Part shown: positions 24,201 to 37,800 of the stretch, in pieces
Layout of the letters: each line of letters starts with the position of its first letter
Position numbering within the stretch: position 1 is the first letter of the stretch
Notes under the pieces: model-generated
Database searches by the model: none
Seen by the model: only the letters and a program-made list of their open reading frames with translations
What the model was told of the DNA's origin: nothing
Position numbers and translations under genes: made by a program
Assembly (NCBI GenBank): GCA_032718475.1
Contig: JAUCBJ010007452.1
Location: 1 to 64,000, forward strand
Reading direction: 5' to 3'
Origin: Nemertoderma westbladi
Lineage: Eukaryota; Animalia; Xenacoelomorpha
DNA length: 64,000 nucleotides

Positions 24201-27200
24201 GTGGCCTCTTCTTCACAATAACATAAAGGTAATAGTTACAGAAGGAATACATAAAGTACATGGTGGCCTCTTCTTCACAATAATCTAAAAGTAATAGTTA
24301 CTGAAGGAGTACATAAAGTACATGGTGGCCTCTTCTTCACAATAACATAAAGGTAATAGTTACAGAAGGAATACATAAAGTACATGGTGGCCTCTTCTTC
24401 ACAATAACATAAAGGTAATAGTTACAGAAGGAATACATAAAGTACATGGTGGCCTCTTCTTCACAATAACATAAAAGTAATAGTTACAGAAGGAATACAT
24501 AAAGTACATGGTGGCCTCTTCTTCACAATAATCTAAAAGTAATAGTTACTGAAGGAGTACATAAAGTACATGGTGGCCTCTTCTTCACAATAACATAAAG
24601 GTAATAGTTACTGAAGGAGTACATAAAGTACATGGTGGCCTCTTCTTCACAATAACATAAAGGTGATAGTTACAGAAGGAATACATAAAGTACATGGTGG
24701 CCTCTTCTTCACAATAACTTAAAGGTAATAGTTACAGAAGGAATACATAAAGTACATGGTGGCCTCTTCTTCACAATAACCTAAAAGTAATAGTTACAGA
24801 AGGAATACATAAAGTACATGGTGGCCTCTTCTTCACAATAATCTAGAAAGGTAATTGTTACAGAAGGAATACATAAAGTACATGGTGGCCTCTTCTTCAC
24901 AATAACATAAAGGTGATAGTTACAGAAGGAATACATAAAGTACATGGTGGCCTCTTCTTCACAATAACATAAAGGTAATAGTTACAGAAGGAATACATAA
25001 AGTACATGGTGGCCTCTTCTTCACAATAACATAAAGGTAATAGTTACAGAAGGAGTACATAAAGTACATGGTGGCCTCTTCTTCACAATAACATAAAGGT
25101 GATAGTTACAGAAGGAATACATAAAGTACATGGTGGCCTATTCTTCACAATAACATAAAGGTAATAGTTACAGAAGGAATACATAAAGTACATGGTGGCC
25201 TCTTCTTCACAATAACCTAAAGGTAATAGTTACAGAAGGAATGCATAAAGTACATGGTGGCTTCTTCTTCACAATAACATAAAGGTAATAGTTACAGAAG
25301 GAATACATAAAGTACATGGTGGCCTCTTCTTCACAATAACCTAAAGGTAATAGTTACAGAAGGAATACAGAAAGGATATGGTGGCCTCTGCTTCACAATA
25401 TCCTAAAAGTAATAGTTACAGAAGGAATACATAAAGTACATGGTGGCCTCTTCCTCACAATAACTTAAAGGTAATAGTTACAGAAGGAATACATAAAGTA
25501 CATGGTGGCCTCTTCTTCACAATAACCTAAAGGTAATAGTTACAGAAGGAATGCATAAAGTACAGGGTGGCCTCTTCTTCACAATAACATAAAGGTAATA
25601 GTTACAGAAGGAATACATAAAGTACATGGTGGCCTCTTCTTCACAATAACATAAAAGTAATAGTTACAGAAGGAATACATAAAGTACATGGTGGCCTCTT
25701 CTTCACAATAATCTAAAAGTAATAGTTACTGAAGGAATACATAAAGTACATGGTGGCCTCTTCTTCACAATAATCTAAAAGTAATAGTTACTGAAGGAGT
25801 ACATAAAGGACATGGTGGCCTCTGCTTCACAATATCCTAAAAGTAATAATTACAGAAGGAATACATAAAGTACATGGTGGCCTCTTCTTCACAATAACAT
25901 AAAGGTAATAGTTACTGAAGGAATACATAAAGTACATGGTGGCCTCTTCTTCACAATAACTTAAAGGTAATAGTTACAGAAGGAATACATAAAGTACATG
26001 GTGGCCTCTTCTTCACAATAACCTAAAGGTAATAGTTACAGAAGGAATGCATAAAGTACATGGTGGCCTCTTCTTCACAATAACATAAAGGTAATAGTTA
26101 CAGAAGGAATACATAAAGTACATGGTGGCCTCTTCTTCACAATAACATAAAAGTAATAGTTACAGAAGGAATACATAAAGTACATGGTGGCCTCTTCTTC
26201 ACAATAACCTAAAGGTAATAGTTACAGAAGGAATACATAAAGTACATGGTGGCCTCTTCTTCACAATAACCTAAAGGTAATAGTTACAGAAGGAATACAT
26301 AAAGTACATGGTGGCCTCTTCTTCACAATAACATAAAGGTAATAGTTACAGAAGGAATACATAAAGTACATGGTGGCCTCTTCTTCACAATAACCTAAAG
26401 GTAATAGTTACAGAAGGAATACATAAAGGACATGGTGGCCTCTGCTTCACAATATCCTAAAAGTAATAGTTACAGAAGGAATACATAAAGTACATGGTGG
26501 CCTCTTCTTCACAATAACTTAAAGGTAATAGTTACAGAAGGAATACATAAAGTACATGGTGGCCTCTTCTCCACAATAACCTAAAGGTAATAGTTACAGA
26601 AGGAATACATAAAGTACATGGTGGCCTCTTCTTCACAATAACATAAAAGTAATAGTTACAGAAGGAATACATAAAGTACATGGTGGCCTCTTCTTCACAA
26701 TAATCTAAAAGTAATAGTTACTGAAGGAATACATAAAGTACATGGTGGCCTCTTCTTCACAATAACATAAAGGTAATAGTTACAGAAGGAATACATAAAG
26801 TACATGGTGGCCTCTTCTTCACAATAACATAAAAGTAATAGTTACAGAAGGAATACATAAAGTACATGGTGGCCTCTTCTTCACAATAACATAAAAGTAA
26901 TAGTTACAGAAGGAATACATAAAGTACATGGTGGCCTCTTCTTCACAATAACCTAAAGGTAATAGTTACAGAAGGAATACATAAAGTACATGGTGGCCTC
27001 TTCTTCACAATAACATAAAGGTAATAGTTACAGAAGGAATACATAAAGTACATGGTGGCCTCTTCTTCACAATAACCTAAAGGTAATAGTTACAGAAGGA
27101 ATACATAAAGTAAATGGTGGCCTCTTCTTCACAATAACATAAAAGTAATAGTTACAGAAGGAATACATAAAGTACATGGTGGCCTCTTCTTCACAATAAC

Positions 27201-30200
27201 ATAAAAGTAATAGTTACAGAAGGAATACATAAAGTACATGGTGGCCTCTTCTTCACAATAATCTAAAAGTAATAGTTACTGAAGGAGTACATAAAGTACA
27301 TGGTGGCCTCTTCTTCACAATAACCTAAAAGTAATAGTTACAGAAGGAATACATAAAGTACATGGTGGCCTCTTCTTCACAATAATCTAAAAGTAATAGT
27401 TACTGAAGGAATACATAAAGTACATGGTGGCCTCTTCTTCACAATAATCTAAAAGTAATAGTTACTGAAGGAGTACATAAAGTACATGGTGGCCTCTTCT
27501 TCACAATAACTTAAAGGTAATAGTTACAGAAGGAATACATAAAGTAAATGGTGGCCTCTTCTTCACAATAACATAAAAGTAATAGTTACAGAAGGAATAC
27601 ATAAAGTACATGGTGGCCTCTTCTTCACAATAATCTAAAAGTAATAGTTACTGAAGGAATACATAAAGTACATGGTGGCCTCTTCTTCACAATAATCTAA
27701 AAGTAATAGTTACTGAAGGAGTATATAAAGTACATGGTGGCCTCTTCTTCACAATAACTTAAAGGTAATAGTTACAGAAGGAATACATAAAGTAAATGGT
27801 GGCCTCTTCTTCACAATAACATAAAAGTAATAGTTACAGAAGGAATACATAAAGTACATGGTGGCCTCTTCTTCACAATAACATAAAAGTAATAGTTACA
27901 GAAGGAATACATAAAGTACATGGTGGCCTCTTCTTCACAATAATCTAAAAGTAATAGTTACTGAAGGAGTACATAAAGTACATGGTGGCCTCTTCTTCAC
28001 AATAACATAAAGGTAATAGTTACAGAAGGAATACATAAAGTACATGGTGGCCTCTTCTTCACAATAACCTAAAAGTAATAGTTACAGAAGGAATACATAA
28101 AGTACATGGTGGCCTGTTCTTCACAATAACCTAAAGGTAATAGTTACAAAAGGAATACATAAAGTACATGGTGGCCTCTTCTTCACAATAACATAAAGGT
28201 AATAGTTACAGAAGGAATACATAAAGTACATGGTGGCCTCTTCTTCACAATAACATAAAAGTAATAGTTACAGAAGGAATACATAAAGTACATGGTGGCC
28301 TCTTCTTCACAATAATCTAAAAGTAATAGTTACTGAAGGAGTACATAAAGTACATGGTGGCCTCTTCTTCACAATAACATAAAGGTAATAGTTACTGAAG
28401 GAGTACATAAAGTACATGATGGCCTCTTCTTCACAATAACATAAAGGTAATAGTTACAGAAGGAATACATAAAGTACATGGTGGCCTCTTCTTCACAATA
28501 ACCTAAAAGTAATAGTTACAGAAGGAATACATAAAGTACATGGTGGTGGCCTCTTCTTCACAATAACCTAAAGGTAATAGTTACAAAAGGAATACATAAA
28601 GTACATGGTGGCCTCTTCTTCACAATAACCTAAAGGTAATAGTTACAAAAGGAATACATAAAGTACATGGTGGCCTCTTCTTCACAATAACCTAAAGGTA
28701 ATAGTTACAGAAGGAATACATAAAGTACATGGTGGCCTCTTCTTCACAATAACCTAAAGGTAATAGTTACATAAGGAATACATAAAGTACATGGTGGCCT
28801 CTTCTTCACAATAACATAAAGGTAATAGTTACAGAAGGAATACATAAAGTACATGGTGGCCTCTTCTTCACAATAACCTAAAGGTAATAGTTACAGAAGG
28901 AATACATAAAGGACATGGTGGCCTCTGCTTCACAATATCCTAAAAGTAATAGTTACAGAAGGAATACATAAAGTACATGGTGGCCTCTTCTTCACAATAA
29001 CTTAAAGGTAATAGTTACAGAAGGAGTACATAAAGTACATGGTGGCCTCTTCTTCACAATAACCTAAAGGTAATAGTTACAGAAGGAATGCATAAAGTAC
29101 ATGGTGGCCTCTTCTTCACAATAACATAAAGGTAATAGTTACAGAAGGAATACATAAAGTACATGGTGGCCTCTTCTTCACAATAACATAAAAGTAATAG
29201 TTACAGAAGGAATACATAAAGTACATGGTGGCCTCTTCTTCACAATAATCTAAAAGTAATAGTTACTGAAGGAATACATAAAGTACATGGTGGCCTCTTC
29301 TTCACAATAACCTAAAAGTAATAGTTACAAAAGGAATACATAAAGTACATGGTGGCCTCTTCTTCACAATAACCTAAAGGTAATAGTTACAAAAGGAATA
29401 CATAAAGTACATGGTGGCCTCTTCTTCACAATAACCTAAAGGTAATAGTTACAGAAGGAATACATAAAGTACATGGTGGCCTCTTCTTCACAATAACCTA
29501 AAGGTAATAGTTACATAAGGAATACATAAAGTACATGGTGGCCTCTTCTTCACAATAACATAAAGGTAATAGTTACAGAAGGAATACATAAAGTACATGG
29601 TGGCCTCTTCTTCACAATAACCTAAAGGTAATAGTTACAGAAGGAATACATAAAGGACATGGTGGCCTCTGCTTCACAATATCCTAAAAGTAATAGTTAC
29701 AGAAGGAATACATAAAGTACATGGTGGCCTCTTCTTCACAATAACTTAAAGGTAATAGTTACAGAAGGAGTACATAAAGTACATGGTGGCCTCTTCTTCA
29801 CAATAACCTAAAGGTAATAGTTACAGAAGGAATGCATAAAGTACATGGTGGCCTCTTCTTCACAATAACATAAAGGTAATAGTTACAGAAGGAATACATA
29901 AAGTACATGGTGGCCTCTTCTTCACAATAACATAAAAGTAATAGTTACAGAAGGAATACATAAAGTACATGGTGGCCTCTTCTTCACAATAATCTAAAAG
30001 TAATAGTTACTGAAGGAATACATAAAGTACATGGTGGCCTCTTCTTCACAATAACCTAAAAGTAATAGTTACAAAAGGAATACATAAAGTACATGGTGGC
30101 CTCTTCTTCACAATAACCTAAAGGTAATAGTTACAGAAGGAATACATAAAGTACATGGTGGCCTCTTCTTCACAATAACATAAAAGTAATAGTTACAGAA

Positions 30201-33200
30201 GGAATACATAAAGTACATGGTGGCCTCTTCTTCACAATAATCTAAAAGTAATAGTTACTGAAGGAATACATAAAGTACATGGTGGCCTCTTCTTCACAAT
30301 AACATAAAGGTAATAGTTACAGAAGGAATACATAAAGTACATGGTGGCCTCTTCTTCACAATAACATAAAAGTAATAGTTACAGAAGGAATACATAAAGT
30401 ACATGGTGGCCTCTTCTTCACAATAACATAAAAGTAATAGTTACAGAAGGAATACATAAAGTACATGGTGGCCTCTTCTTCACAATAATCTAAAAGTAAT
30501 AGTTACTGAAGGAATACATAAAGTACATGGTGGCCTCTTCTTCACAATAACATAAAGGTAATAGTTACAGAAGGAATACATAAAGTACATGGTGGCCTCT
30601 TCTTCACAATAACATAAAAGTAATAGTTACAGAAGGAATACATAAAGTACATGGTGGCCTCTTCTTCACAATAATCTAAAAGTAATAGTTACTGAAGGAG
30701 TACATAAAGTACATGGTGGCCTCTTCTTCACAATAACATAAAAGTAATAGTTACAGAAGGAATACATAAAGTACATGGTGGCCTCTTCTTCACAATAACA
30801 TAAAAGTAATAGTTACAGAAGGAATACATAAAGTACGTGGTGGCCTCTTCTTCACAATAACCTAAAGGTAATAGTTACAGAAGGAATACATAAAGTACAT
30901 GGTGGCCTCTTCTTCACAATAACATAAAAGTAATAGTTACAGAAGGAATACATAAAGTACATGGTGGCCTCTTCTTCACAATAATCTAAAAGTAATAGTT
31001 ACTGAAGGAGTACATAAAGTACATGGTGGCCTCTTCTTCACAATAACATAAAGGTAATAGTTACTGAAGGAGTACATAAAGTACATGGTGGCCTCTTCTT
31101 CACAATAACATAAAGGTAATAGTTACAGAAGGAATACATAAAGTACATGGTGGCCTCTTCTTCACAATAACATAAAGGTAATAGTTACAGAAGGAATACA
31201 TAAAGTACATGGTGGCCTCTTCTTTACAATAACATAAAGGTAATAGTTACAGAAGGAATACATAAAGTACATGGTGGCCTCTTCTTCACAATAACATAAA
31301 GGTAATAGTTACAGAAGGAATACATAAAGTACATGGTGGCCTCTTCTTCACAATAACATAAAAGTAATAGTTACAGAAGGAATACATAAAGTACATGGTG
31401 GCCTCTTCTTCACAATAATCTAAAAGTAATAGTTACTGAAGGAGTACATAAAGTACATGGTGGCCTCTTCTTCACAATAACATAAAGGTAATAGTTACTG
31501 AAGGAGTACATAAAGTACATGGTGGCCTCTTCTTCACAATAACCTAAAAGTAATAGTTACAGAAGGAATACATAAAGTACATGGTGGCCTCTTCTTCACA
31601 ATAACATAAAAGTAATAGTTACAGAAGGAATACATAAAGTACATGGTGGCCTCTTCTTCACAATAATCTAAAAGTAATAGTTACTGAAGGAGTACATAAA
31701 GTACATGGTGGCCTCTTCTTCACAATAACATAAAAGTAATAGTTACAGAAGGAATACATAAAGTACATGGTGGCCTCTTCTTCACAATAACATAAAAGTA
31801 ATAGTTACAGAAGGAATACATAAAGTACGTGGTGGCCTCTTCTTCACAATAACCTAAAGGTAATAGTTACAGAAGGAATACATAAAGTACATGGTGGCCT
31901 CTTCTTCACAATAACATAAAAGTAATAGTTACAGAAGGAATACATAAAGTACATGGTGGCCTCTTCTTCACAATAATCTAAAAGTAATAGTTACTGAAGG
32001 AGTACATAAAGTACATGGTGGCCTCTTCTTCACAATAACATAAAGGTAATAGTTACTGAAGGAGTACATAAAGTACATGGTGGCCTCTTCTTCACAATAA
32101 CATAAAGGTAATAGTTACAGAAGGAATACATAAAGTACATGGTGGCCTCTTCTTCACAATAACATAAAGGTAATAGTTACAGAAGGAATACATAAAGTAC
32201 ATGGTGGCCTCTTCTTTACAATAACATAAAGGTAATAGTTACAGAAGGAATACATAAAGTACATGGTGGCCTCTTCTTCACAATAACATAAAGGTAATAG
32301 TTACAGAAGGAATACATAAAGTACATGGTGGCCTCTTCTTCACAATAACATAAAAGTAATAGTTACAGAAGGAATACATAAAGTACATGGTGGCCTCTTC
32401 TTCACAATAATCTAAAAGTAATAGTTACTGAAGGAGTACATAAAGTACATGGTGGCCTCTTCTTCACAATAACATAAAGGTAATAGTTACTGAAGGAGTA
32501 CATAAAGTACATGGTGGCCTCTTCTTCACAATAACCTAAAAGTAATAGTTACAGAAGGAATACATAAAGTACATGGTGGCCTCTTCTTCACAATAACATA
32601 AAGGTAATAGTTACAGAAGGAATACATAAAGTACATGGTGGCCTCTTCTTCACAATAACCTAAAAGTAATAGTTAGAAGGAATACATAAAGTACATGGTG
32701 GCCTCTTCTTCACAATAACCTAAAGATAATAGTTACAGAAGGAATACATAAAGTACATGGTGGCCTCTTCTTCACAATAACATAAAGGTAATAGTTACTG
32801 AAGGAATACATAAAGTACATGGTGGCCTCTTCTTCACAATAACCTAAAGGTAATAGTTACAGAAGGAATACATAAAGTACATGGTGGCCTCTTCTTCACA
32901 ATAACATAAAGGTAATAGTTACTGAAGGAATACATAAAGTACATGGTGGCCTCTTCTTCACAATAACCTAAAGGTAATAGTTACTGAAGGAATACATAAA
33001 GTACATGGTGGCCTCTTCTTCACAATAACCTAAAGGTAATAGTTACAGAAGGAATACATAAAGTACATGGTGGCCTCTTCTTCACAATAACATAAAGGTA
33101 ATAGTTACTGAAGGAATACATAAAGTACATGGTGGCCTCTTCTTCACAATAACCTAAAGGTAATAGTTACAGAAGGAATACATAAAGTACATGGTGGCCT

Positions 33201-34220
33201 CTTCTTCACAATAACATAAAGGTAATAGTTACTGAAGGAATACATAAAGTACATGGTGGCCTCTTCTTCACAATAACCTAAAGGTAATAGTTACTGAAGG
33301 AATACATAAAGTACATGGTGGCCTCTTCTTCACAATAGCCTAAAAGTAATAGTTACAGAAGGAATACATAAAGTACATGGTGGCCTCTTCTTCACAATAA
33401 CATAAAGGTAATAGTTACAAAAGGAATCCATAAAGTACATGGTGGCCTCTTCTTCACAATAACATAAAGGTAATAGTTACTGAAGGAATACATAAAGTAC
33501 ATGGTGGCCTCTTCTTCACAATAACCTAAAAGTAATAGTTAGAAGGAATACATAAAGTACATGGTGGCCTCTTCTTCACAATAACCTAAAGGTAATAGTT
33601 ACAGAAGGAATACATAAAGTACATGGTGGCCTCTTCTTCACAATAACCTAAAGGTAATAGTTACAGAAGGAATACATAAAGTACATGGTGGCCTCTTCTT
33701 CACAATAACCTAAAGGTAATAGTTACAGAAGGAATACATAAAGTACATGGTGGCCTCTTCTTCACAATAACCTAAAGGTAATAGTTACTGAAGGAATACA
33801 TAAAGTACATGGTGGCCTCTTCTTCACAATAACCTAAAGGTAATAGTTACTGAAGGAATACATAAAGTACATGGTGGCCTCTTCTTCACAATAACCTAAA
33901 GGTAATAGTTACAGAAGGAATACATAAAGTACATGGTGGCCTCTTCTTCACAATAACCTAAAGGTAATAGTTACTGAAGGAATACATAAAGTACATGGTG
34001 GCCTCTTCTTCACAATAACCTAAAGGTAATAGTTACAGAAGGAATACATAAAGTACATGGTGGCCTCTTCTTCACAATAACCTAAAGGTAATAGTTACTG
34101 AAGGAATACATAAAGTACATTGTGGCCTCTTCATCACAATAACATAAAGGTAATAGTTACAGAAGGAATACATAAAGTACATGGTGGCCTCTTTTTCACA
34201 ATAACATAAAGGTGATAGTT
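21192..34220. repeat. 62-bp satellite array B (~200 units), forming intron 5
   Basis: Same unit as array A; interrupted once by a ~500-bp insertion. Confidence 0.97.
21523..22026. mobile_element. ~500-bp non-autonomous element (Helentron/DINE-1-like or MITE) inserted in the satellite
   Basis: ~65-bp subterminal inverted repeats (cacgaagttggcagagccttagcgaattgacactgttagggg...atgcaaatagt and its reverse complement); internal (GAC)n tract at 21900-21950; splits one unit at gta|aatgg with no clear TSD. Confidence 0.75.
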
Positions 34221-34228
34221 TTTCGAAC

Positions 34229-34444
34229 CTTCATTCTTCCAAGCTTTACAAGTCTCCACTTGATCTCTACATTCTCCTTTTATCAACGGGGCATTACTTC
34301 CCTCACAAGTTCTGCAAGTTGCTGGACACTTCTTCCGAGCTTGCATCCTCCGTACTAGACAGGCACCAGCAGCCGACCATGTAGGGCAATAGGGACTTTT
34401 ATCAACACAGCCTTGCGGCACTATATACTTGGTGGTAGTTGGCC
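34229..34444 (-). CDS. Hemopexin-ShK gene exon 5 (ShK1 + first half of ShK2)
   Basis: TTTTAAG|GG acceptor, GAAG|GTTCGA donor, phase 1-1; six-Cys ShKT pattern ending CPATCRTC. Confidence 0.88.
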
Positions 34445-34685
34445 CTTAAAATACAAATACTTAATTTAATTACATCATTGAATAAGATATTTGTTCAGTT
34501 TTTAGATGTTATATTGCGTCATTAGTCGCGTATAGCTGTTTTGTCGCACATCATGCCATATTCGGCATGATGAAACATACACTGCCCACTGTCCAGGTTC
34601 GGCGGCCATGTTATCCAGTCCATAGAATAAAACTAACCTAAACCATAAAAACTAAATAAAGTGCGATGATAAAAACTAACATTAC

Positions 34686-35125
34686 CTTGGGTGGTTGTAG
34701 TGGGCACTGGGGTGGTTGTAGTGGGAACTGAGGTGGTTGTTGTGGGCACTGGGATGGTTGTAGTGGGCACTGAGGTGGTTGTTGTAGTTGGCACTGGCGT
34801 TGTTGTAGTTGGCACTGGGGTTGTTGTAGTTGGCACTGGGGTTGTTGTAGTGGGCACTGGGGTGGTTGTAGTGGGCATTGGGGTGGTTGTAGTGGGCACT
34901 GGGGTGGTTGTTTTTGGTTGTGGAGGACACACTCCCCATCTGGAATCAGCTTTCCGATTTTCGAACGTGTTTCCCATTCCATCGAACTTAAGAAACTTGT
35001 TACCATAGAATATGACGTAGCGATAGACATTGGGTTTAACCTTTTCCGCCGTAACTGCACTAATGACTCCGACATCAGCAGGGAGAAATCCAAACACGCT
35101 TCTGATTCGTCGGCTTGACAGCAAT
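34686..35125 (-). CDS. Hemopexin-ShK gene exon 4 (blade 4 ending WGVC + mucin-like (PVPTTTT)n linker)
   Basis: CCCAG|A acceptor, CAAG|GTAATG donor, phase 2-1; YVIFYGNKFLKFD blade motif. Confidence 0.85.
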
Positions 35126-35469
35126 CTGGGAGTGAGAAACAAACATATTTTCATTTACACAATATAACAGGCCTTCAAACAGTAAGCCACCAGAGAACGG
35201 CTACAATAATATCAGGGCCGAAGAGTCAAAAGGAAACGACAAGCATAATTTCATCCGTTCGCTGATAGTTCACACTTCTGACTCGCCCACAATTAATCAA
35301 GAATATGTTTGTTAATTGAACATTACCACTGACTAATATGACGCTCACTTGGTAACTCTGGGAGCTGTGTGCTGCATCGCTTGTGTCAACACAATAACTG
35401 AGGAATGCCGTGTATCCTACTTGTAACAATAAAAAAAAAATAAAAATAAAAAATAAAATAAAATATTGG

Positions 35470-36575
35470 ACACTCCACTAACCTGGTTTCTTGAATAGCG
35501 TAGTTGAACCCCACTAACCCCACCTTTGCACCCACCAGTCCCCCGTGTAGCTGTACCCCACTAATCTGGCCTTTCCACCCACCAGTCCCCCGTGTAGCTG
35601 TACCCCACTAATCTGGCCTTTCCACCCACCAGTCCCCCGTGTAGCTGTACCCCACTAACCTGGCCTTTCCACCCACCACTCCCCCGTCGTGTAGCTGTAC
35701 CCCACTAACCTGGCCTTTCCTCCCACCAGTCCCCCGTCGTGTAGCTGTACCCCACTAACCTGGCATTTCCACCCACCAGTCCCCCGTGTAGCTGTACACC
35801 ACTAACCTTGCCGTTCCACCCACCAGTCCCCCGTGTAGCTGTACACCACTAACCTGGCCTTTCCTCCCACCAGTCCCCCGTCGTGTAGCTGTACCCCACT
35901 AACCTGGCCTTTCCTCCCACCAGTCCCCCGTCGTGTAGCTGTACCCCACTAACCTGGCATTTCCACCCACCAGTCCCCCGTGTAGCTGTACACCACTAAC
36001 CTTGCCGTTCCACCCACCAGTCCCCCGTGTAGCTGTACACCACTAACCTGGCCTTTCCTCCCACCAGTCCCCCGTCGTGTAGCTGTACACCACTAACCTG
36101 ACCTTTCCTCCCACCAGTCCCCCGTCGTGTAGCTGTACCCCACTAACCTTGCCTTTCCACCCACCAGTCCCCGCTATAGCTGTACCCCACTAACCTTGCC
36201 TTTCCACCCACCAGTCCCCGCTATAGCTGTACCCCACTAACCTGGCCTTTCCACCCACCAGTCCCCCGGATAGCTGTACCCCACTAACCTGGCCTTTCCA
36301 CCCACCAGTCCCCCTTGTAGCTGTACCCCACTAACCTGGCCGTTCCACCCACCAGTCCCCCGTGTAGCTGTACACCACTACCCTGGCCTTTCCTCCCACC
36401 AGTCCCCCGTCGTGTAGCTGTACCCCACTAACCTTGCCTTTCCACCCACCAGTCCCCGCTATAGCTGTACCCCACTAACCTGGCCTTTCCACCCACTAGT
36501 CCCTTCCACTAACGGACACTCGCCACTAACCTGTATTTTTTGTATAGCCTATCTGTATACACCACTAACCTGGCT
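35470..36575. repeat. 47/50-bp minisatellite, copy B, in intron 3
   Basis: Same unit as 17050-18125; the core accactaacctggc equals the exon 3 donor junction. Confidence 0.95.
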
Positions 36576-36722
36576 CTTCTTCCCGGAATAGGAAGTTGTA
36601 TTAGTTTCAACATTTCGGATTCGGTTAACAACATTAGAAGGCTCTCAGTGCCATGTGATGTGTAGGCAATGCCTGTAACTGGTTCCTCATCGATATGTGG
36701 CCCAAGATAATCGTTGCTAAAG
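36570..36722 (-). CDS. Hemopexin-ShK gene exon 3 (FSNDYLGPHIDEEPVTGIAYTSHGTESLLMLLTESEMLKLIQLPIPGRRA)
   Basis: CTAACAG acceptor, CCAG|GTTAGT donor, 153 nt, phase 2-2, no stops. Not in the supplied ORF track. Confidence 0.78.
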
Positions 36723-36779
36723 CTGTTAGAACAATATACGTGTGTTAAGTAGGTCTTTTTCTTACTTTTTTTTTTATAT

Positions 36780-37030
36780 AAATGTTATAGAAACGAAACG
36801 AATAAAAAAAACGAATTAACGAATTTGCCGTTCAAATTCGTTTTTTCGTTTTTTTTTACAATTCTCTGAATAAAAAAACGAATTTGAATTGCAAATTCGT
36901 TTTTTTTATTCTTCTTGGAATTATAAAAAAAAACTAAAAAACAAATTTGAGGGGACAATTCGTTTATTCGTTTTTTTTTTTAATTCTGAGAAATAAAAAA
37001 AAAAAACGATTTGGCCCTTCAGTACCACCA
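36780..37030. mobile_element. Probable MITE fragment in intron 2
   Basis: Alternating AAAAAACGAAT / ATTCGTTTTTT motifs forming nested inverted repeats; ends ggcccttcagtaccaccata. Confidence 0.4.
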
Positions 37031-37271
37031 TATATGTTAGTTATCAATTTTGATATTTATATATTTATTATTATATATATATTATTCATTATAAATATAT
37101 TATTATATATTTGATATTATGATATTTTTGTTCTAGAACATATTTTATTTTCTAGAATATTTTTTTGAAAATAATAAAAAAGTACTACTGTAACAACACG
37201 TTTCGTAACTGATACTCTTATCATGTAATTGAAGTTATTCCTCGATTATTATTGTAATTCCATAAACCAAC

Positions 37272-37431
37272 CTCTCTACCGATATAAATTGGTTGTTGTT
37301 ATCGAATCTGTATAAGTTATCCCCCTTAATTAAGGCCGTATATTGTTCCCGCTCGTTGTAGAATGCTGCATCAATGTCCACCAGTGCAGGTCCGTCATAC
37401 AAATAATCATCAGAAATCCGTTTAGGGTATC
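37272..37431 (-). CDS. Hemopexin-ShK gene exon 2 (GYPKRISDDYLYDGPALVDIDAAFYNEREQYTALIKGDNLYRFD)
   Basis: Classic hemopexin repeat signature GYPK.I...IDAAF...KG..LYRF; AG/GT-bounded, phase 1-2. Not in the supplied ORF track. Confidence 0.9.
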
Positions 37432-37625
37432 CTTAGAAAGAAAGAAATTATTTGTGTGCATATCGATATATTTCTGTAAGCCATATTAGCGGTAAGGGGT
37501 AGCAGCACCATCGGCACTATTCTATTGGATATGTGGTGTGGCCTATTTAAAACTACCGGTAGCAGTAAAACTGCAGTTCGTACAAAACTACAAAACAGGA
37601 ATATGCAGATAGTGAGGGGTGTAAA

Positions 37626-37800
37626 CGTTGTGCCGACAGTGTCGGCATAACGTTGTGTCGACAGTGTGCAGATAATGGGCTGACAATGTGCCGACAGTGT
37701 CGGCGTTACGTTGTGCCGACAGTGTCGGCGTTACGTTGTGCCGACAGTGTCGGCGTTACGTTGTGCCGACAGTGTCGGCGTTGCATTGTGCCGACAATGT
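37626..37800. repeat. 25-bp tandem repeat of hairpin units (GCCGACA-G-TGTCGGC)
   Basis: ttgtgccgacagtgtcggcgttacg, ~6-7 copies, with degenerate ends. Confidence 0.9.

Noticed and set aside
8572-34220. 62-bp arrays as a CRISPR array
   Set aside because: Head-to-tail units with no unique spacers, no cas genes, and eukaryotic intron context.
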